64,000 bases of DNA from Ruditapes philippinarum (lineage: Eukaryota), in the NCBI RefSeq assembly GCF_026571515.1, contig NW_026862270.1, forward strand, positions 1 to 64,000, read 5' to 3'. Below the pieces are notes generated by a model. It had not been told where the DNA came from, made no database searches, and was given only the letters and a program-made list of their open reading frames with translations. Below, one piece after another: positions 1 to 14,492 of this stretch. The position numbers and the translations under genes are program-made. The first letter of the stretch is position 1, and every line of letters starts with the position of its first letter.

Positions 1-698
1 ATTGTAAACTGGTGGGACAACTTACATAATCATTGTAAACTGTTGTACATTGGCATAATCATTGTAAACTTGTGGGACACTGGTATAATCATTGTAAACT
101 GGTGGTAAACTGACATAATCATTGTAAACTGGTGGTACACTGACATAATCATTGTAAACTGGTGGTACACTGACATTATCATTGTAAACTTGTGGTACAC
201 TGGCATAATCATCGTAAACTGGTGGTACACTGACAAAGTCATTGTGAACTGGTGGGACACTGACATAATCATTGTAAAATTGTGGTACACTGACATAATC
301 ATTGTAAACTGGTGGGACACTTACATAATCATTGTAAACTGGTGGTACATTGGCATAATCATTGTAAACTGGTGGTACACTGACATAATCATTGTAAACT
401 GGTGGCACACTGACATAGTCATTGTAAACTTGTGGCACACTGACCTAATTATTGTAAACTGGTGGAACACACACTGACATAATCATTGTAAACTGGTGGT
501 ACACTGACATAAACATTGTAAACATGTGGTGCACTGACATAATCATTGTAAACTTGCCGTACACTGACATAATCATTGTAAACTTGTGGTAGACTGACAT
601 AATCATTGTGAATTGGTGGTACACTGACATAATCATTGTAAACTTGTGGTAGACTGACATAATCATTGTAAACTGGTGGTACATTGACATTATCTTTG
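1..698. repeat. 30-bp minisatellite, left part (consensus ATTGTAAACTGGTGGTACACTGACATAATC)
   Basis: About 23 tandem 30-bp units, continuing past the window edge. The repetitive ORFs here (PPVYNDYVSV, MIMSVYHQFT) arise from the 30-bp period. Confidence 0.97.
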
Positions 699-1787
699 AC
701 TAGAACTCCGCGAGTCGGATGTGTCGCCTTGTGAACAATGTAGTTTAGGAGAAATGGCCCGGACAAAAATGAAGTATGAAAAATAACAAAGGGCAATAAC
801 TAAAAAAATAATAAGTGCAGAGCAGCAGTTTCTGTGCACTGCACTTCTTATCAATAAGATCTATCATTCTATGATGTTTCAAGTCCATAGCTTTCATACT
901 TGAGGAGAAATGACCTGGACAAAAATAAAGTAAGAAAATCAACAAAGGGCAATAACTCAAAAAATAAGAAATGCAGAGTATCAATTCTTATGCACTGCAC
1001 TTTTTCTTAATGAGATCTATCATCCTATGAAGTTTCAAGTCCATAACTTTTATACTTTCGGAGAAATGGCCTGGACAAAAATTAAGTATGAAAATTACTA
1101 AAGGACCATAACTCAAAAAATAAGAAATGCAGAGTACCGGTTCTTGTGCACTGCACTTCTTCTTAATGAGATCTATCATCCTATGAAGTTTCAAGTCCAT
1201 AGCTGTTATACTTAAGGAGAAATGGCCCGGACAAAATTAAAGTATGAAAATAAACAAAGGGCAATAACTCAAAAAATAAGAAATGCAGGGTACCTGTTCT
1301 TGTTCACTGCACTTCTTCTTAATGAGACCTATCATCCTATGAAGTTTCAAGTCCATGGCTTTTATAAATTAGGAGAAATGGCCTGGACAAAAATAAAGTA
1401 TGAAAATTAACAAAGGGCAATAACTCAAAAATTAGGAAGTGCAGAGTACCGGTTCTTATGCACTGCACTTCTTCTTAATGAGATCTATCATCCTATGAAG
1501 TTTCAAGTCCATAGCTTTTTTAGTTGAAGAGAAATGGCCCGGACAAAATTAAAGTGTGAAAATTAACAAAGGGCAATAACTCAAAAAATAAAAACTGCAG
1601 AGTACCGGTTCTTGTGCACTGCACTTCGGGTTATTGAAAGAAGCATGCATACCAAGTTTGAAGTCAATGAGACTTATAGTGACTGAGTTATGCTCCGGAC
1701 AAGCTTTAGGGGACGCCGACGACGACGCCAACAACGCCGCCGACAAAAGTAACCCCTATATGTCACCTTTTCAAGGCGACACAAAAA
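699..1787 (-). mobile_element. Helentron-associated non-autonomous element (HINE, pearl/DTC84-like) with 156-bp tandem core
   Basis: Sub-terminal inverted repeats TGTGTCGCCTTG (720-731) and CAAGGCGACACA (1772-1783); short palindrome TCCG..CGGA beside the ACTAG end; core repeat recurring at 748, 904, 1060, 1216, 1372 and 1528; (GAC/GCC)n microsatellite near 1712-1745; no target-site duplication (TSD). Confidence 0.85.
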
Positions 1788-2680
1788 CTAGTGATACACT
1801 GACATAATCATTGTAAACTTGTGGGACACTGGTATAATCATTGTAAACTGGTGGTAAACTGACATAATCATTGTAAACTGGTGGTACACTGACATAATCA
1901 TTGTAAACATATGGTACACTGACATTATCATTGTAAACTTGTGGTACACTGGCATAATCATCGTAAACTGGTGGCACACTGACATAGTCATTGTGAACTG
2001 GTGGGACACTGACATAAACATTGTCAACTGGTGGTACATTGGCATAATCATTGTAAACTGGTGGTACACTGACATTATCATTGTAGACTTTCCATACACT
2101 AACATAATCATTGTAAACTGGTGGTACACTGACATAATCATTGTAAACTGGTGGCACACTGACATTATCATTGTAAACTTGTGGCACACTGACCTAATTA
2201 TTGTAAACTGGTGGAACACACACTGACATAATCATTGTAAACTGGTGGTACACTGACATAAACATTGTAAACATGTGGTGCACTGACAGACATAATCATG
2301 GTAAACTTGCCGTACACTGACATAATCATTGTAAACTTGTGGTAGACTGACATAATCATTGTAAACTGGTGGTACATTGACATAATCTTTGAAAACTAGT
2401 CATACATTGACATAATCATTGTAAACTTGTGGTACACTGACATAATCATTGTAAACTTGTGGTACACTGACATAATCATTGTAAACTTGTGGTAGACTGA
2501 CATTATCATTATAAACTTGTTGGACACTGGCATAATCACTGTTAAATGATTGCACACTGACATAATCATTGTAAACTGGTGGGACACTGGCATAATCATT
2601 ATTAACTGGTGGGACACTAAAATAATCATAAATGTAAACTGGTTGAACACTGACATTATCATTGTAAAGTGGTGGTACAC
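1788..2680. repeat. 30-bp minisatellite, right part
   Basis: The same 30-bp unit resumes after the element and decays toward 2680. Confidence 0.97.
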
Positions 2681-3025
2681 CGTAATTTTTATTGCAAATT
2701 CTGGTTGCCCTTTAGAATAATCATTGCAAGCATATTAAAAAGCCCAAACACTACTGTAATAACCATTTCAAAAACGTCAAGTAGTTGTATATATTAACTC
2801 AATTGAGGACTTTGATGTTCTTATCTATGCAATAAAACATAAGCTATATTACCTCACCATATATCAGAAGAATTTGATTTTCTTGTCACATTAGCTGTTT
2901 TTATTTTAACCATTAAAGTTAAATCTTATGATAAGATTGAAGTGTTTAAATTGAAATGCTAAAGCTCTCATACATTATGAATACAAAATTTTCATTTGTA
3001 TCTATAGATTTCGTTTTTTTTCTAG

Positions 3026-3103
3026 ACACAATTCAAGTAACCAGGAGGATTCAGAGATACCGTGAGTAATTGTGGAAAGAAATTACTTTAACAAGCTAAA
3101 CAG
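3026..3103 (+). other. Candidate exon (probably non-coding or UTR)
   Basis: TTTTTTTTCTAG acceptor ending at 3025; CAG|GTGAGT donor at 3104; alternative donor CC|GTGAGT at 3062. The full 78-nt exon has stops in all three frames. Confidence 0.4.
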
Positions 3104-3519
3104 GTGAGTTTTTTTAATTCATTTTATTTATCCAAATGTTTGTATTCAAGACTGAAGCCAGTGCGGGGAACCTTCTTTAGGAAATTTCACAGGCCTGGCA
3201 AACAAAATGTTTGTAATAATGAATAAATTTATACCTTGCATAATAATACAAAAATGCAGATTTTTTTTTCAAATGTGACATAAAATGTTTAAAAAGCTGA
3301 CTTATTCAGACCTAAAGAAAGATAACCATTAGTAATGCATTCTGGCCTACAATTTCAATTTTATGCAGATCTAATATAAACAAATTGTTTGACAACTCTA
3401 GGTATATAAGTTCAGAAATGCTAGATAAGCCAAAACATTTACTGGAATGTTCAAAATTTCAGGAACTAGTATCCTGTATTATATATATAATATTGATATA
3501 TACATGTATATACCATGTT

Positions 3520-3760
3520 TGTATTAGAAATACCAAGACTGGGTAGAAATACCAAGCCTTGGTAGAGGTCAAAGGACTTTCGAGACAACTGTCTGAATTA
3601 GAAATACCAAGACTGGGTAGAAATACCAGGACTGGGTAGAAATACCAGGACACAGTAGAAATACCAAGGCTTGGTAGAGGATATAAAACTTTTGAGACAA
3701 CTATGTCTGAAGTAGAAATACCAGGACTGGGTAGAGATTAACGGACTTTTGAGACAGAGA
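3520..3760. repeat. Degenerate tandem repeat (AGAAATACCAAGACTGGGT motif)
   Basis: Motif recurs about six times. Confidence 0.75.
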
Positions 3761-3807
3761 TTTAAACAAAAAGCGCAATTAACTGTAAGAGAGGATTTTC
3801 TTTTCAG

Positions 3808-3979
3808 AGAATGTTCATATCACATCAATGTATGAAGAGCTCTTGAACTTATTAACAATAAATTCAAAAGCTTTCATTTACTCGGTAATTTTACATAAGT
3901 TTCTTCATGATAAAGTTTTTCCACATAATTACAAAAGAGTCGGAGTTTTTCAACATCAAAGAATACAGACGGCAATGAG
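3808..3979 (+). other. Candidate exon
   Basis: TTTTCTTTTCAG acceptor and GAG|GTAAGT donor; one open frame (NVHITSMYEELLNLLT...QRIQTAM), product not recognised. Confidence 0.4.
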
Positions 3980-4914
3980 GTAAGTAATTTTCTGATAAAT
4001 CAATCAAGGGGAGGAACTCTTCTCTCAACATTGGGATCAAATGTTAGGGTCAGTTCCCTTTTCCTTATTTAGCTGGTACATCATTAAATATATACTGTAA
4101 TCATGAACATTATTAAAGAATATTAAGAGTTTAATCTATTTAATTTAATCTAACCTGTTTGATCTACATTGTTTACTATTTTGTCAGTACTTGTTTAGAA
4201 AATTTGCCTGAATGTTAAAAATGTATGTGTCTTTATTGAAAATCAAGATATTTAGCAATATGGCAAGGACAAACAATGATTAAATAACGCATCCACAAGT
4301 TTCCCAATCTTATGATTGAGTTACTTCCCATGGTTTACCATTATGTTATATATATTAAATAGACCTGTCCATTTTTCAATCTGGACAAAGACATTCATCA
4401 TTTTTAGGGAGAATTTCAAGAATATGAACTGGCTGAACAGCAAACAGTGCAGACCATGATCTTGGTCTGCACTGGTAGCATGGGTAATAGGGTAAAAATA
4501 TACAAAAAAATGATTAAGAAAAAAAAGTTGAGTCATACATAATATCGGTCACATAAATATCTTTAAATATGCAAAAAAAGTCCATTTTCTATGGAGACAT
4601 TGTACACCTAATTTGCAAGTTAATTGAAAACACCTATCTTGTAGGAGAGGCTATCATATAACAAACTGATTACACCACATACAAGACCACTGATAACTAT
4701 CCATATATTCTTATTTTTCTGGTAGGTTTTATATAACAAAAGCATCATTTAGGTCACATGGCAGTTTGCTATAACCTTAATTATGACTGTGTAGGAAGAT
4801 CAAAAGTGTCCCCTTTCATTGCCATCAAGTCAAGGGAAATAACCCATACTTTTTTTAAGCAATTAAAGCTACCTTCTCATAGCTAAGCATAAATTACCTC
4901 ACTAAACATTACAT

Positions 4915-5210
4915 GTTATTTTTTAAGGAATTTAAGTACTTTCTCATTGAAATTGGGAAAGTTAGTATTAGAATGACTGACTGACTGACAGACTGACGTG
5001 CGACCGAATTGAGAAAAAGGGCCATTTCTATTGATATTTTATTTGTTTGTTTAATAATGGGCTATAATGGTCCATTCCTCTATTGTTATGGAATGAACTC
5101 TGTTGTTCTCTTTTTTTCTGTTAACAGTCAGACAGCCCCCTAATTCCCTATTCCGTATTTTGGACTGACTGATTGACTGACCCAAATTAAGACTGACTGA
5201 CCGACACAAG
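4915..5210. mobile_element. Degenerate HINE-like fragment with (GACT)n microsatellites
   Basis: GACT/GACA microsatellites; shares GGAATGAAC..TGTTCTC..AGCCCC motifs with 45150-45330. Confidence 0.45.
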
Positions 5211-7725
5211 TGTACAAACTGCACAGCAGTGGAGACTAGCCTGGCTCTAATCTGACATTATAGATTAGTGGAGTTAGTCAATCAAATGGTATAAAAAAAA
5301 TTTGGAAAAAAAAATTAAATTCTTTCATATCAAAATCCACATCTGAGTCCCTTTAAACACTGTTTGCCTTTTACTGATTGCCTGAGCTCTTTAAAGGCCT
5401 CAACAGATGGTAGGATTTTGAAGTACAACACCAATTAAAACTAAGATGCAGACAGATCTTAATGTGTGAAGGCTACTATTTCTTGATTTTGGAAACCTTA
5501 TGTCGAGATGTAAATAACCATGCTGAATATTGTAAGTTAACATCTTAAATAAAAACAAACACTAACTATTAAATCATATTCATTCAGAAGCAAAGTATGT
5601 AGTTTCCATATTTAACTGTATCGGATCTGTCAATGCATCTATTCAAATTTCCCAAAAGGGAAAATTATGGAAAGTTCAAACATGTGACAGGGAGCAATTT
5701 TTTCCATTTTTTCATCAAACATGTCAATTGCTTTACATTGATGCTATCTGAATGTTTTGTACATGTTATATAAAGGCCAAAACAAACAAAAAACAAGTTA
5801 TGTTTTCTGGTCTTTAACCAAGAAAAAGAAATAGGTTGGTAGGTTAGGTGGGTGGGAAGCAACAAATTTCTTTTATAATTTATTTCTTATTAAACAATTC
5901 TATAATTATATTATAAAAAATATTATTTAATAAGTGGAGGGTTAGCAGCTAAAAAAAGAAGGTAACTAACTAAACTATTTCTTTGGCCTAACCTGTGTAT
6001 GTAACTAGGAAAATTCATTGCATTAAAAGCATTTGATTGCAAAATTAGATATCAGTAATTATTCATAAAAAATCAACTTTGCAATTACTGAATGTACTGA
6101 GTCAACATACAATAAAATAGAAGGCTTCTATAGTTCTATATCCCTTATGAAAAAAATCCCCAACACACTATGATTGTGTTTTCAGATTATTGTCTGTGTA
6201 TTTCCAGAGTGTTGACTGCATACCATAAGCCCTTAGAAGTCTATTTCCCTATTAGTACCAGTGTATTCCAGTATTGTCAGTGTGCTGGCAAAATACCATC
6301 AGCCATTTGGAAGACAATTTCCCTTTTAGTTCCAGTGTATTTCCAGTATTGTCAGTGTTGCCAAAATTGCATTAGCCCTTGGACATCTATAATCCCCTAT
6401 TAATTCCAATGTATTTCCAGTTTTGTCAGTGTGTTGCCAAAACTAATGCATAGATCCCTACATGACACTGATCATTATAATTATGATGATTTGATTACAA
6501 TAGAAATTTCACCATAACGGACTTGTTAACAAAAGAACACATGTCAATGCTTTGTGGTTAAATCTTTTGTTATTCAGATTAAAGGTCAGAGTAAGGATCT
6601 TAAAATGTAGGGGTTGTTTCTGGAGGGTGCAGGGGTGCTTTGGCTGAAGTAACACAGAAAAGAGTAATCTACATGTTTTCTGCTATCTTATGATAGTGTG
6701 GGAAAAGTGATTGTTGCATTATTAAACCGCAATATAGCGACAATTATTATGATATCAAATATTTTTTCAAATCCCTTGATTTTGCAAATTCTCAAGCAAC
6801 ATTATAATTGTCAACCAAAGTGGTGCAGACTGCAGAAAGTTATATTTACTTGCATGTCCACAGACCTTGAGATTTTTATGGCAGATTAACAGTATTTCGC
6901 TTCACTAATTCAGTCAAAATTCTGTTTTGCACCATCAAACTTTGCCAATGAAAATATCTTTCTATTTAGTTGTGATGAATATTATTCAACAAGTAATGGG
7001 ATTATATGGTTATATCGTTTCAATAAAACGTTTGAAAAATAAGATGCATTGGCAGGTAGAGATGCATTACATAACTTATGATGCAAATTATCAAAATTAT
7101 GCAAACTTTTGTATAATGATGGATAGCAGTTATATTAATGCATTCCCGAAACTTTCACATATTTTTGTTTTATGTTTTCTTATATAGCTTGTATCCTTGT
7201 GGCAGCCACTGAGAAATCTACCCATGCTAGGTCTGTCTGCGCATTAGTTATTACCTCAGTGCAGTAAAAGGTTAAGACCTTCTAAATTTAATAGGACTTA
7301 ACCAGTTATTGCACTATGGTGACAATCTGTTCTATCTGATCATGGTCTGCACTGTTTAATTGCTATTCAGTCAGTTGACTGATTCTATTTTAAATTTTTA
7401 TTAATGATTTTGTCCGAATTGAAATATGAACAAGTCCATTTACGCTTTTGGTGAAGCATTAGGTTTTAGTGTAAACAAAAAATACAACAACATAAGTTCA
7501 CAATTAAAGGGATATAATTCAGTCAAAATCTATGTTCTATAATAATTGTTCTCAACGAAACTCCACTCACGGTCCAATAGACTAAAAACATAAGATATAA
7601 AATCTTTAAACAAAATTAATACATGAAACAGATAATAGAGGAATTTACTCAGAATTGAATTGAAAATAGATATTTATTATGACGGAACATTTTTGTTTCT
7701 AGCTGGTCATTAAATTGCACAATTA

Positions 7726-8934
7726 CAGTAAAGACTGTCTTAGCGACCCCCTGTATATAGCGACGTTCTGTCTTTAGTGACCATAGTTAGGTGCGCCGAA
7801 CAGTATTTACTATATAAATGGTCTGTATGTAGCGACTCCCTGTCTAGTCCGTACAACGACCATGATTTAGTCACCCGTTACGGTATTTGAGCCGTGAACA
7901 GCGACTTTTGCAAGGGGAGCAAGGCTTGAACTAGGTGATGACATTGGCGAAGAAGTCACCTTCGGATCAGCGACTTTGCCTAAAACAAACTTCAAATAGA
8001 TTTTGAAGTCGCCCGATTTTTATAATTTTCCGTCATACTTATTTACGCCGCTAGGTCTGTTAATAATTTGTTTACCTCTCAATTACAACCAATTACCGTT
8101 AATCCGCTAATTAAGAACGCGTGTCAACATCAACAAAGTTAAATACACGCCGCAAGGCAAGAGTTCACTATGTTTATCTTTCTTATTACGTATTCATGCG
8201 ATTGACGAATCAGAACGCGCGTTGTATCTACGGCAGTTTGCATTGACCAATCGGCGACACGCTAATACACTGTGGCTGTTTGTTGACAATTATACAAAAT
8301 GGCGACAGATTCAATCAATTTTCGCCGATAGAATGATTAAAGACACCTGCATATACATAATTGCTGCGGTGTTTTGGCGAGTAAATATAAACAATGCCAA
8401 ACGTCTTAAAGGTGTGGTTATGTTTGAAACCTCGATTGTTAATTTTTTTTGGAGCACTTATCTGTAGAAATTATGTGAAGATTTGTAATTTTTTTTTATT
8501 ATTTTTGTTTTATTAATACATTGAACTCCGTAAAGTAAACAGGCTGATTATACAAAATTAAATGTCTCTACAGTAACATCTCATTAGTAAAATTGAAATT
8601 AAACATTTTTTTACAAACAGATTTATCAATATGAATTACATTTTAATGAATATGTAACTTTTAAATACTAATGTTATGGTGTAGATTATAATCTTAACCA
8701 ATAATACATGCACTTTTAATATTCTCTTGTTTTTTATAAATGATATTTGATATGTTTAATATCAATAAAAATATAATTAAACCCTTAGTATGGTACTATC
8801 CTGCTTTTCAACAAAATATTGGTATGATATGTTCATATATCCGAATTATGTAGAGACTGTCCACAGTGACTCCCTGTCTATAATGACCTTTTTTCTTTTC
8901 TCCCATCGAAGGTCACTGTAAACAGTCTTTACTG
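7726..8934. mobile_element. Tc1/mariner (pogo/Tigger-type) non-autonomous DNA transposon
   Basis: Terminal inverted repeats (TIRs) CAGTAAAGACTGT and ACAGTCTTTACTG flanked by TA (7724-7725, 8935-8936); subterminal AGCGAC/AGTGAC repeats; no transposase ORF. Confidence 0.88.
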
Positions 8935-10019
8935 TAAATGAAAATGATTAATTAAGCGAATAATCTGAAATTTTGCACCTAAGTTATTGGTATAGACCTA
9001 CAAAATCTTGAAAAAACCGGTCATATCCAGTCCCACACATGTCTCAAAAATTGTTAGTTATTTTTGAAACCTTTTAAACTTTACTATAGAGATGAAAATA
9101 AAAAGAATTTAAGCTCTGAGCAAAGAAAAAGTTTGTCATACATCTTAGCTCTAATGTATATACACATATCCTAGAGACGATTTTTCTTTTGATAAACAAT
9201 CAAAGTTAAGACCTTATTTCAAAGGACACTATAGTATGTCATTGACTATAAAAAACAATAAAATGCCCATTTATCTACCTGTACTAAAGGTTAGATGACA
9301 GATTATTTTAAGGACATCACTTGGGTAACTTTTTAATTGAATTTTGCGGTTTACCCAGTTCAAAACATTCTTTCTTTTCATATCTTTACAAATGACCTTT
9401 ATCTGGAGTTGAATCAATATGACACATTATTTGAACAAAGAGTCAAGTTTCCCATGAAAACAAAATATTTTCAAAATTGTTCAGTTTTATTTAATTGGGT
9501 CTAAAGTGACCAAAAGGTTGAAATAACTGACTTTGAATTTTTTTGCATGTTATCAATATGGCACTAGAACCTTATCAAGGAGAGTTTGAATCCCACTCCC
9601 TGGGCCGAATAATTCCTAAATAAGTAGAGAGCCAAACCAGTCAATAAACACTTACAGTTATTGGAGTCCCACCCCTTCCTTTCTTGTAGTGGTTAAGGTG
9701 TCTGCCTCTCAACCAATGGAACATGAAAAAAGTATTTGACCTAGAGTCATGAAACTTTACAGGAATGTTGATCAGCATGAGTGGTTGTGCACCTGGGTAT
9801 TTTCGTCTGGATTTATTTAATATTTTTAGAGTTATTGCCCTTGACTTAGTAAAAATTTGCAATTTTCAACTTGTGTCGCACGGGTTAACACCACTGTTTC
9901 TGCATATGACAACAGAACTGGTTGGTTCCAGGAAGCAGACTCAAAATTGATTAATTAAAGCTGCAAGAACTTGTTTCACACCAATGCATTTTGTTCTGAT
10001 GCTGTACGTAACCCATTAA

Positions 10020-10391
10020 AGACACATTATGCCTCAGAAAAATATTTATCAAATTCTTTAGAAATGTCAAATTATTCTTTAATAATGTATTAATATTGGA
10101 TTTAAAGCATTTCAGCAGTAATGCGATGTTTATCAGCTGAAGGAAGTAGCGCTGTATGTCCAGTAATGTGTTGAAATAAGTGGCAAATTGTTAACACTAA
10201 ATTAGTATTTTGACTTTCAATTACAAAATAATAATTCACAACAGTTACCAATTGCCAACAAAGCAAAGGAAACAAAAACAAAGTGCATCTATATGGTACA
10301 TGAGTATTTTTTTTGAAACTGTAACAAGATACCAAACATTTAAAATGTTTGTGAAATAAAAATGACAGCATTCTTGAGGCATAATGGGCCT
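10020..10391. mobile_element. TTAA-flanked MITE (Kolobok-like)
   Basis: TTAA|AGACACATTATGCCTCA ... TGAGGCATAATGGGCCT|TTAA; related ends at 39200/39441 and 51461-51480. Confidence 0.7.
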
Positions 10392-10941
10392 TTAAAACAA
10401 CATGAGTCACTTCCAAATTCAAAGCAGGCCAAGTCATTTATGAAAATTTAAAGGTAAACTTCAATAACTTTTAGCTGTATCACATAAAACATCAAGACTG
10501 AAAATACAAGTAGTGAAATATTTTATCAATTTACTTAATCTTGGTACATCAAGGCTATTTCAGATGTTGTGTAAGTGCTCTATAATATATTATGCAGGGC
10601 ACGTAAACTTGTCAATAATTGGAAAAGAAAGTGAAAATTACCTAAATTTGTACAGAAGTTAACTGCGTAATTTCATATCATCATCTATAAATATATGACT
10701 TGATCATATAAACATCTTTTTTTTTTCTTCAAGGTTCAGTAATCTATATGTTTGCCAATCACTTAAGTATGTTTTAAATGTGAACAGTGCATTTTTATGA
10801 GATGAGAAAGGGGATATTTTACTGAGTATGTTTTATTTTCATTACCTTTTTTTTTTTAACTTAAATTTTGATTTTCCAAAAAAAAACCAAAAAAACAACA
10901 ATTTTCACTTACTTACTATCAAAGAAATTAAATGACCAGCA

Positions 10942-12900
10942 TTTTAGACCAAATCAATGTTATACCAGTGTTTAAGACCAAATCAATGTTATACCGGTGT
11001 TTAAGACCAAATCAATGTTATACCAGTGTTTAAGACCAAATCAATGTTATACCAGTGTTTAGGGCCAAATCAATGTTATACCAGTGTGTTAGACCAGTGT
11101 TTAGGACCAATTTAATGTTATACCAGTGTTAAAGACCAAATCAATGTAATACCAGTGTTTAGGGCCAAATCAATGTTATACTGGTATTTTTGACCAAATC
11201 AATGTTATACCACTGTTTAGGGCCAAATCAATGTTGTACCAGTGTGTTAGACCAGTGTTTAGGACCAATTTAATGTTATACCAGTGTTAAAGACCAAATC
11301 AATGTTATACCAGTGTTTAGGACCAAATCAATGTTATACTGGTATTTTTGACCAAATCAATGTTATACCAGTGTTTAAGACCAAATCAATATTATACCAG
11401 TGTTTAAGACCAAATCAATGTTATACCGGTGTTTTAGACCAAATCAACATTATACCAGTGTTTAGGACCAAATCAATGTTATACAAGTGTTTAAGACCAA
11501 ATTAATGTAATACCAGTGTTTAAGACCATATCAATGTTATACCAGAGTTTAAGACCAAATCAATGTTATACCAGTGTTTAGGACCAAATCAATGTTATAC
11601 TGGTATTTTAGACCAAATCAATGTTATATCAGTGTTTAAGACCAAATCAATGTTATACCAGTGTTTAGAACCAAATCAATGTTATACTGGTATTTTAGAC
11701 CAAATCAATGTTATACTGGTATTTTAGACCAAATCAATGTTATACCAGTGTTTAGGACCAAATCAATGTTATACCGGTGTTTTAGACCAAATCAATGTTA
11801 TACCAGTGTTTAAGAGCAAATCAATGTTATACTGGTATTTTAGACCAAATCAATGTTATACTGGTATTTTAGACCAAATCAATGTTATACCAGTGTTTAA
11901 GACCCAAATTAATGTTATACCAGTGTTTAGGACCAAATCAATATTATACCAGTGTTTAGGACCAAATTAATGTTATACCAGTGTTTAGGACCAAATCAAT
12001 GTTTATACTGGTATTTTAGACCAAATCAATGTTATACCAGTGTTTAGGACCAAATCAATGTTATACTGGTATTTTAGACCAAATCAATGTTATACCAGAG
12101 TTTAAGACCAAATCAATGTTATACCAGTGTTTAAGACCAAATGAATGTTATACCCGTGTTTAGGACCAAATCAATGTTATACCAATGTTAAGGACCAAAT
12201 CAATGTTATACTGGTATTTTAGACCAAATCTATGTTATATCAGTGTTTAAGACCAAATCAATATTATACCAGTGTTTAAGACCAAATCAATATTATACCA
12301 GTGTTAAAGACCAAATCAATGTTATACTGGTGTTTTAGACCAAATCAATGTTATACCAGTGTTTAAGGCCAAATCAATGTTATACCAGTATTTAAGACCC
12401 AAATCAATGTTCAACCAGTGTTAAGGACCAAATCAATGTTATACCAGTGTGTTAGACCAGTGTTTAGGACCAATTTAATGTTATACCAGTGTTTTAGACC
12501 AAATTAATGTTATACCAGTGTTTAGGGCCAAATCAATTTTATACCAGTGTTTAGGACAGAATCAATGTTATACCAGTGTTTAAGACCAAATCAATGTTAT
12601 ACCAGTGTTTAGGACCAAATCAATGTTATACTGGTATTTTAGACCAAATCAATGTTATACTGGTATTTTAGACCAAATCAATGTTATACTGGTATTTAAG
12701 ACCAAATCAATGTTATACTGGTGTTTTAGACCAAATCAATGTTATACTGGTGTTTTAGACCAAATCAATGAAATACCAGTGTCTAAGGCCAAATAAACAA
12801 TACCAGTGTTTTAGACCAAATCGTAGAAATACTAGTCTTTTAGACCAAAACAATGTCATAATAGTGTTTTAGACCAAATCAATGTTGTACAAATCAATGT
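10942..12900. repeat. 29-bp minisatellite (GACCAAATCAATGTTATACCAGTGTTTAA), about 65 units
   Basis: GACC recurs at 10947, 10976, 11005 and onward; two main unit variants are interleaved. Confidence 0.97.
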
Positions 12901-12993
12901 AATATCAGTATTTTAAATTAAATCAATGTTTTATAAACTGAATCAGGCTAATCATTGTAATACATGTGTAATAATCGACCAAATCAAAGTTAA

Positions 12994-14430
12994 ACTAGAA
13001 ATGTGTCATCATGCCACGGATGCCCCCGCATGCAGCCAAAATTTCAGATGTTATAATATTTAGTTCCAAATTTGTTTGCACAAATTATTTTTTTAATTTT
13101 AAGTTCAAAGCCCTTAAAACTGTTCAATGTTAACACAAACCATTTTCATACAATGTTCAAGGCACTGAAATTATTCAGTCTTAACCTTTTGAAAAAAGCA
13201 TATTTCATATTTGTAGCCAAAATAATGGCTACATACATTTCCACAAAAGTATGAGTGCTGAAACTGAAAGTTCAAAATTTTTCCAACATTCAAGAAAGAT
13301 AAGTTTGTCCAAAATCATTGAACCATGACCAAATTCAAACTTAAACTGCTTATTCCTAAGATGTATCTATATTATTTTCAAAGTGAAAGGGACATAACTC
13401 TGCCTAAAATCATCGAACCATGACCAAATTTAAACTTGACCTGCGCCTTCCTTTGACATATTCATATGTCAAATTTGAGTTTAATATGTAACACTGTTGG
13501 GTAGATAATGAACAGAAACTGTAAATTTCATATTATTTTCAAAGTGAAGGGGCATAACTCTGCCAAAAATCATTGAACCATGACCAAATTTGAACTTGAC
13601 CTGGGCATTCCAAAAACATATCCATATGTCAAATTTGAGTTGAATGTGTTGTACCGTTGGGGAGATAATAAACAGAAACTGAAAATTTCATATTATTTTC
13701 AAAGTGAAAGGGGCATAACTCTGCCAAAAATCATCGAACCATGACCAAATTCGAACTTGACCTGTATTTTTTCATGACATATCCATATGGCAAGTTTGAG
13801 TTGAATGTGTTGTACCGTTGGGGAGATAATGAACGGAAACTGAAAATTTCATTTTATTTTAAAGTAAAAGGGGCATAACTCTGCCAAAAATCATCGAACC
13901 ATGACCAAATTCGAACTTGACCTGTATTTTTTCATGATATATCTATATGTCAAATTTGAGTTGAATTAGTTGTACCGTTGGGGAGATAATGAACGGAAAC
14001 TGAAAATTTCATATTATTTCAAAGTGAAAGGGGCATAACTCTGCCAAAAATCATCGAACTATGACCAAATTCGAACTTGACCTCTATTTTTTCATGACAT
14101 ATCTATATGTCAAGTTTGAGTTGAATATGTTGTACCGTTGGGGAGATAATGAACGGAAACTGAAAATTTCATTTTATTTTAAAGTAAAAGGGGCATAACC
14201 ATGCCAAAAATCATCGAACCATGACCAAATTCGAACTTGACCTGTATTTTCTCATGACATATCCATATGTCAAATTTGAGTTGAATGTGTGCAACCGTTA
14301 CTAAGATAATGAACGGAAACTGATGATGACGGAATGACAGAATGACGGAAGGACGGAATGACGGAAGGACGGAAGGACGGAACAGGGTAACACTATATGC
14401 CCCGGCCATTACATGGCGGGGGCATAAAAA
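12994..14430 (-). mobile_element. HINE with 160-bp tandem core
   Basis: ACTAG end; subTIRs ATGCCCCCGC (13020-13029) and GCGGGGGCAT (14416-14425); GGGCATAAC core motif at about 13550, 13711, 13871, 14031 and 14191; (GACGGAAG/T)n microsatellite. Confidence 0.85.
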
Positions 14431-14492
14431 GTTATACTAGTGTTTTATACCAATCATTGTATTACAAATGTGTTAGACAAATACATATAATA

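Noticed and set aside
22-2680. Tyr/Pro decapeptide repeat ORFs (PPVYNDYVSV), superficially like mussel adhesive proteins
   Set aside because: Several frames on both strands are open simply because the unit is 30 bp. Frame-breaking indels and a transposon interrupt the array, and there is no signal peptide or exon structure.
10942-12900. CRISPR-like regular 29-bp repeat
   Set aside because: Units are head-to-tail with no unique spacers, there are no cas genes, and the context is eukaryotic.
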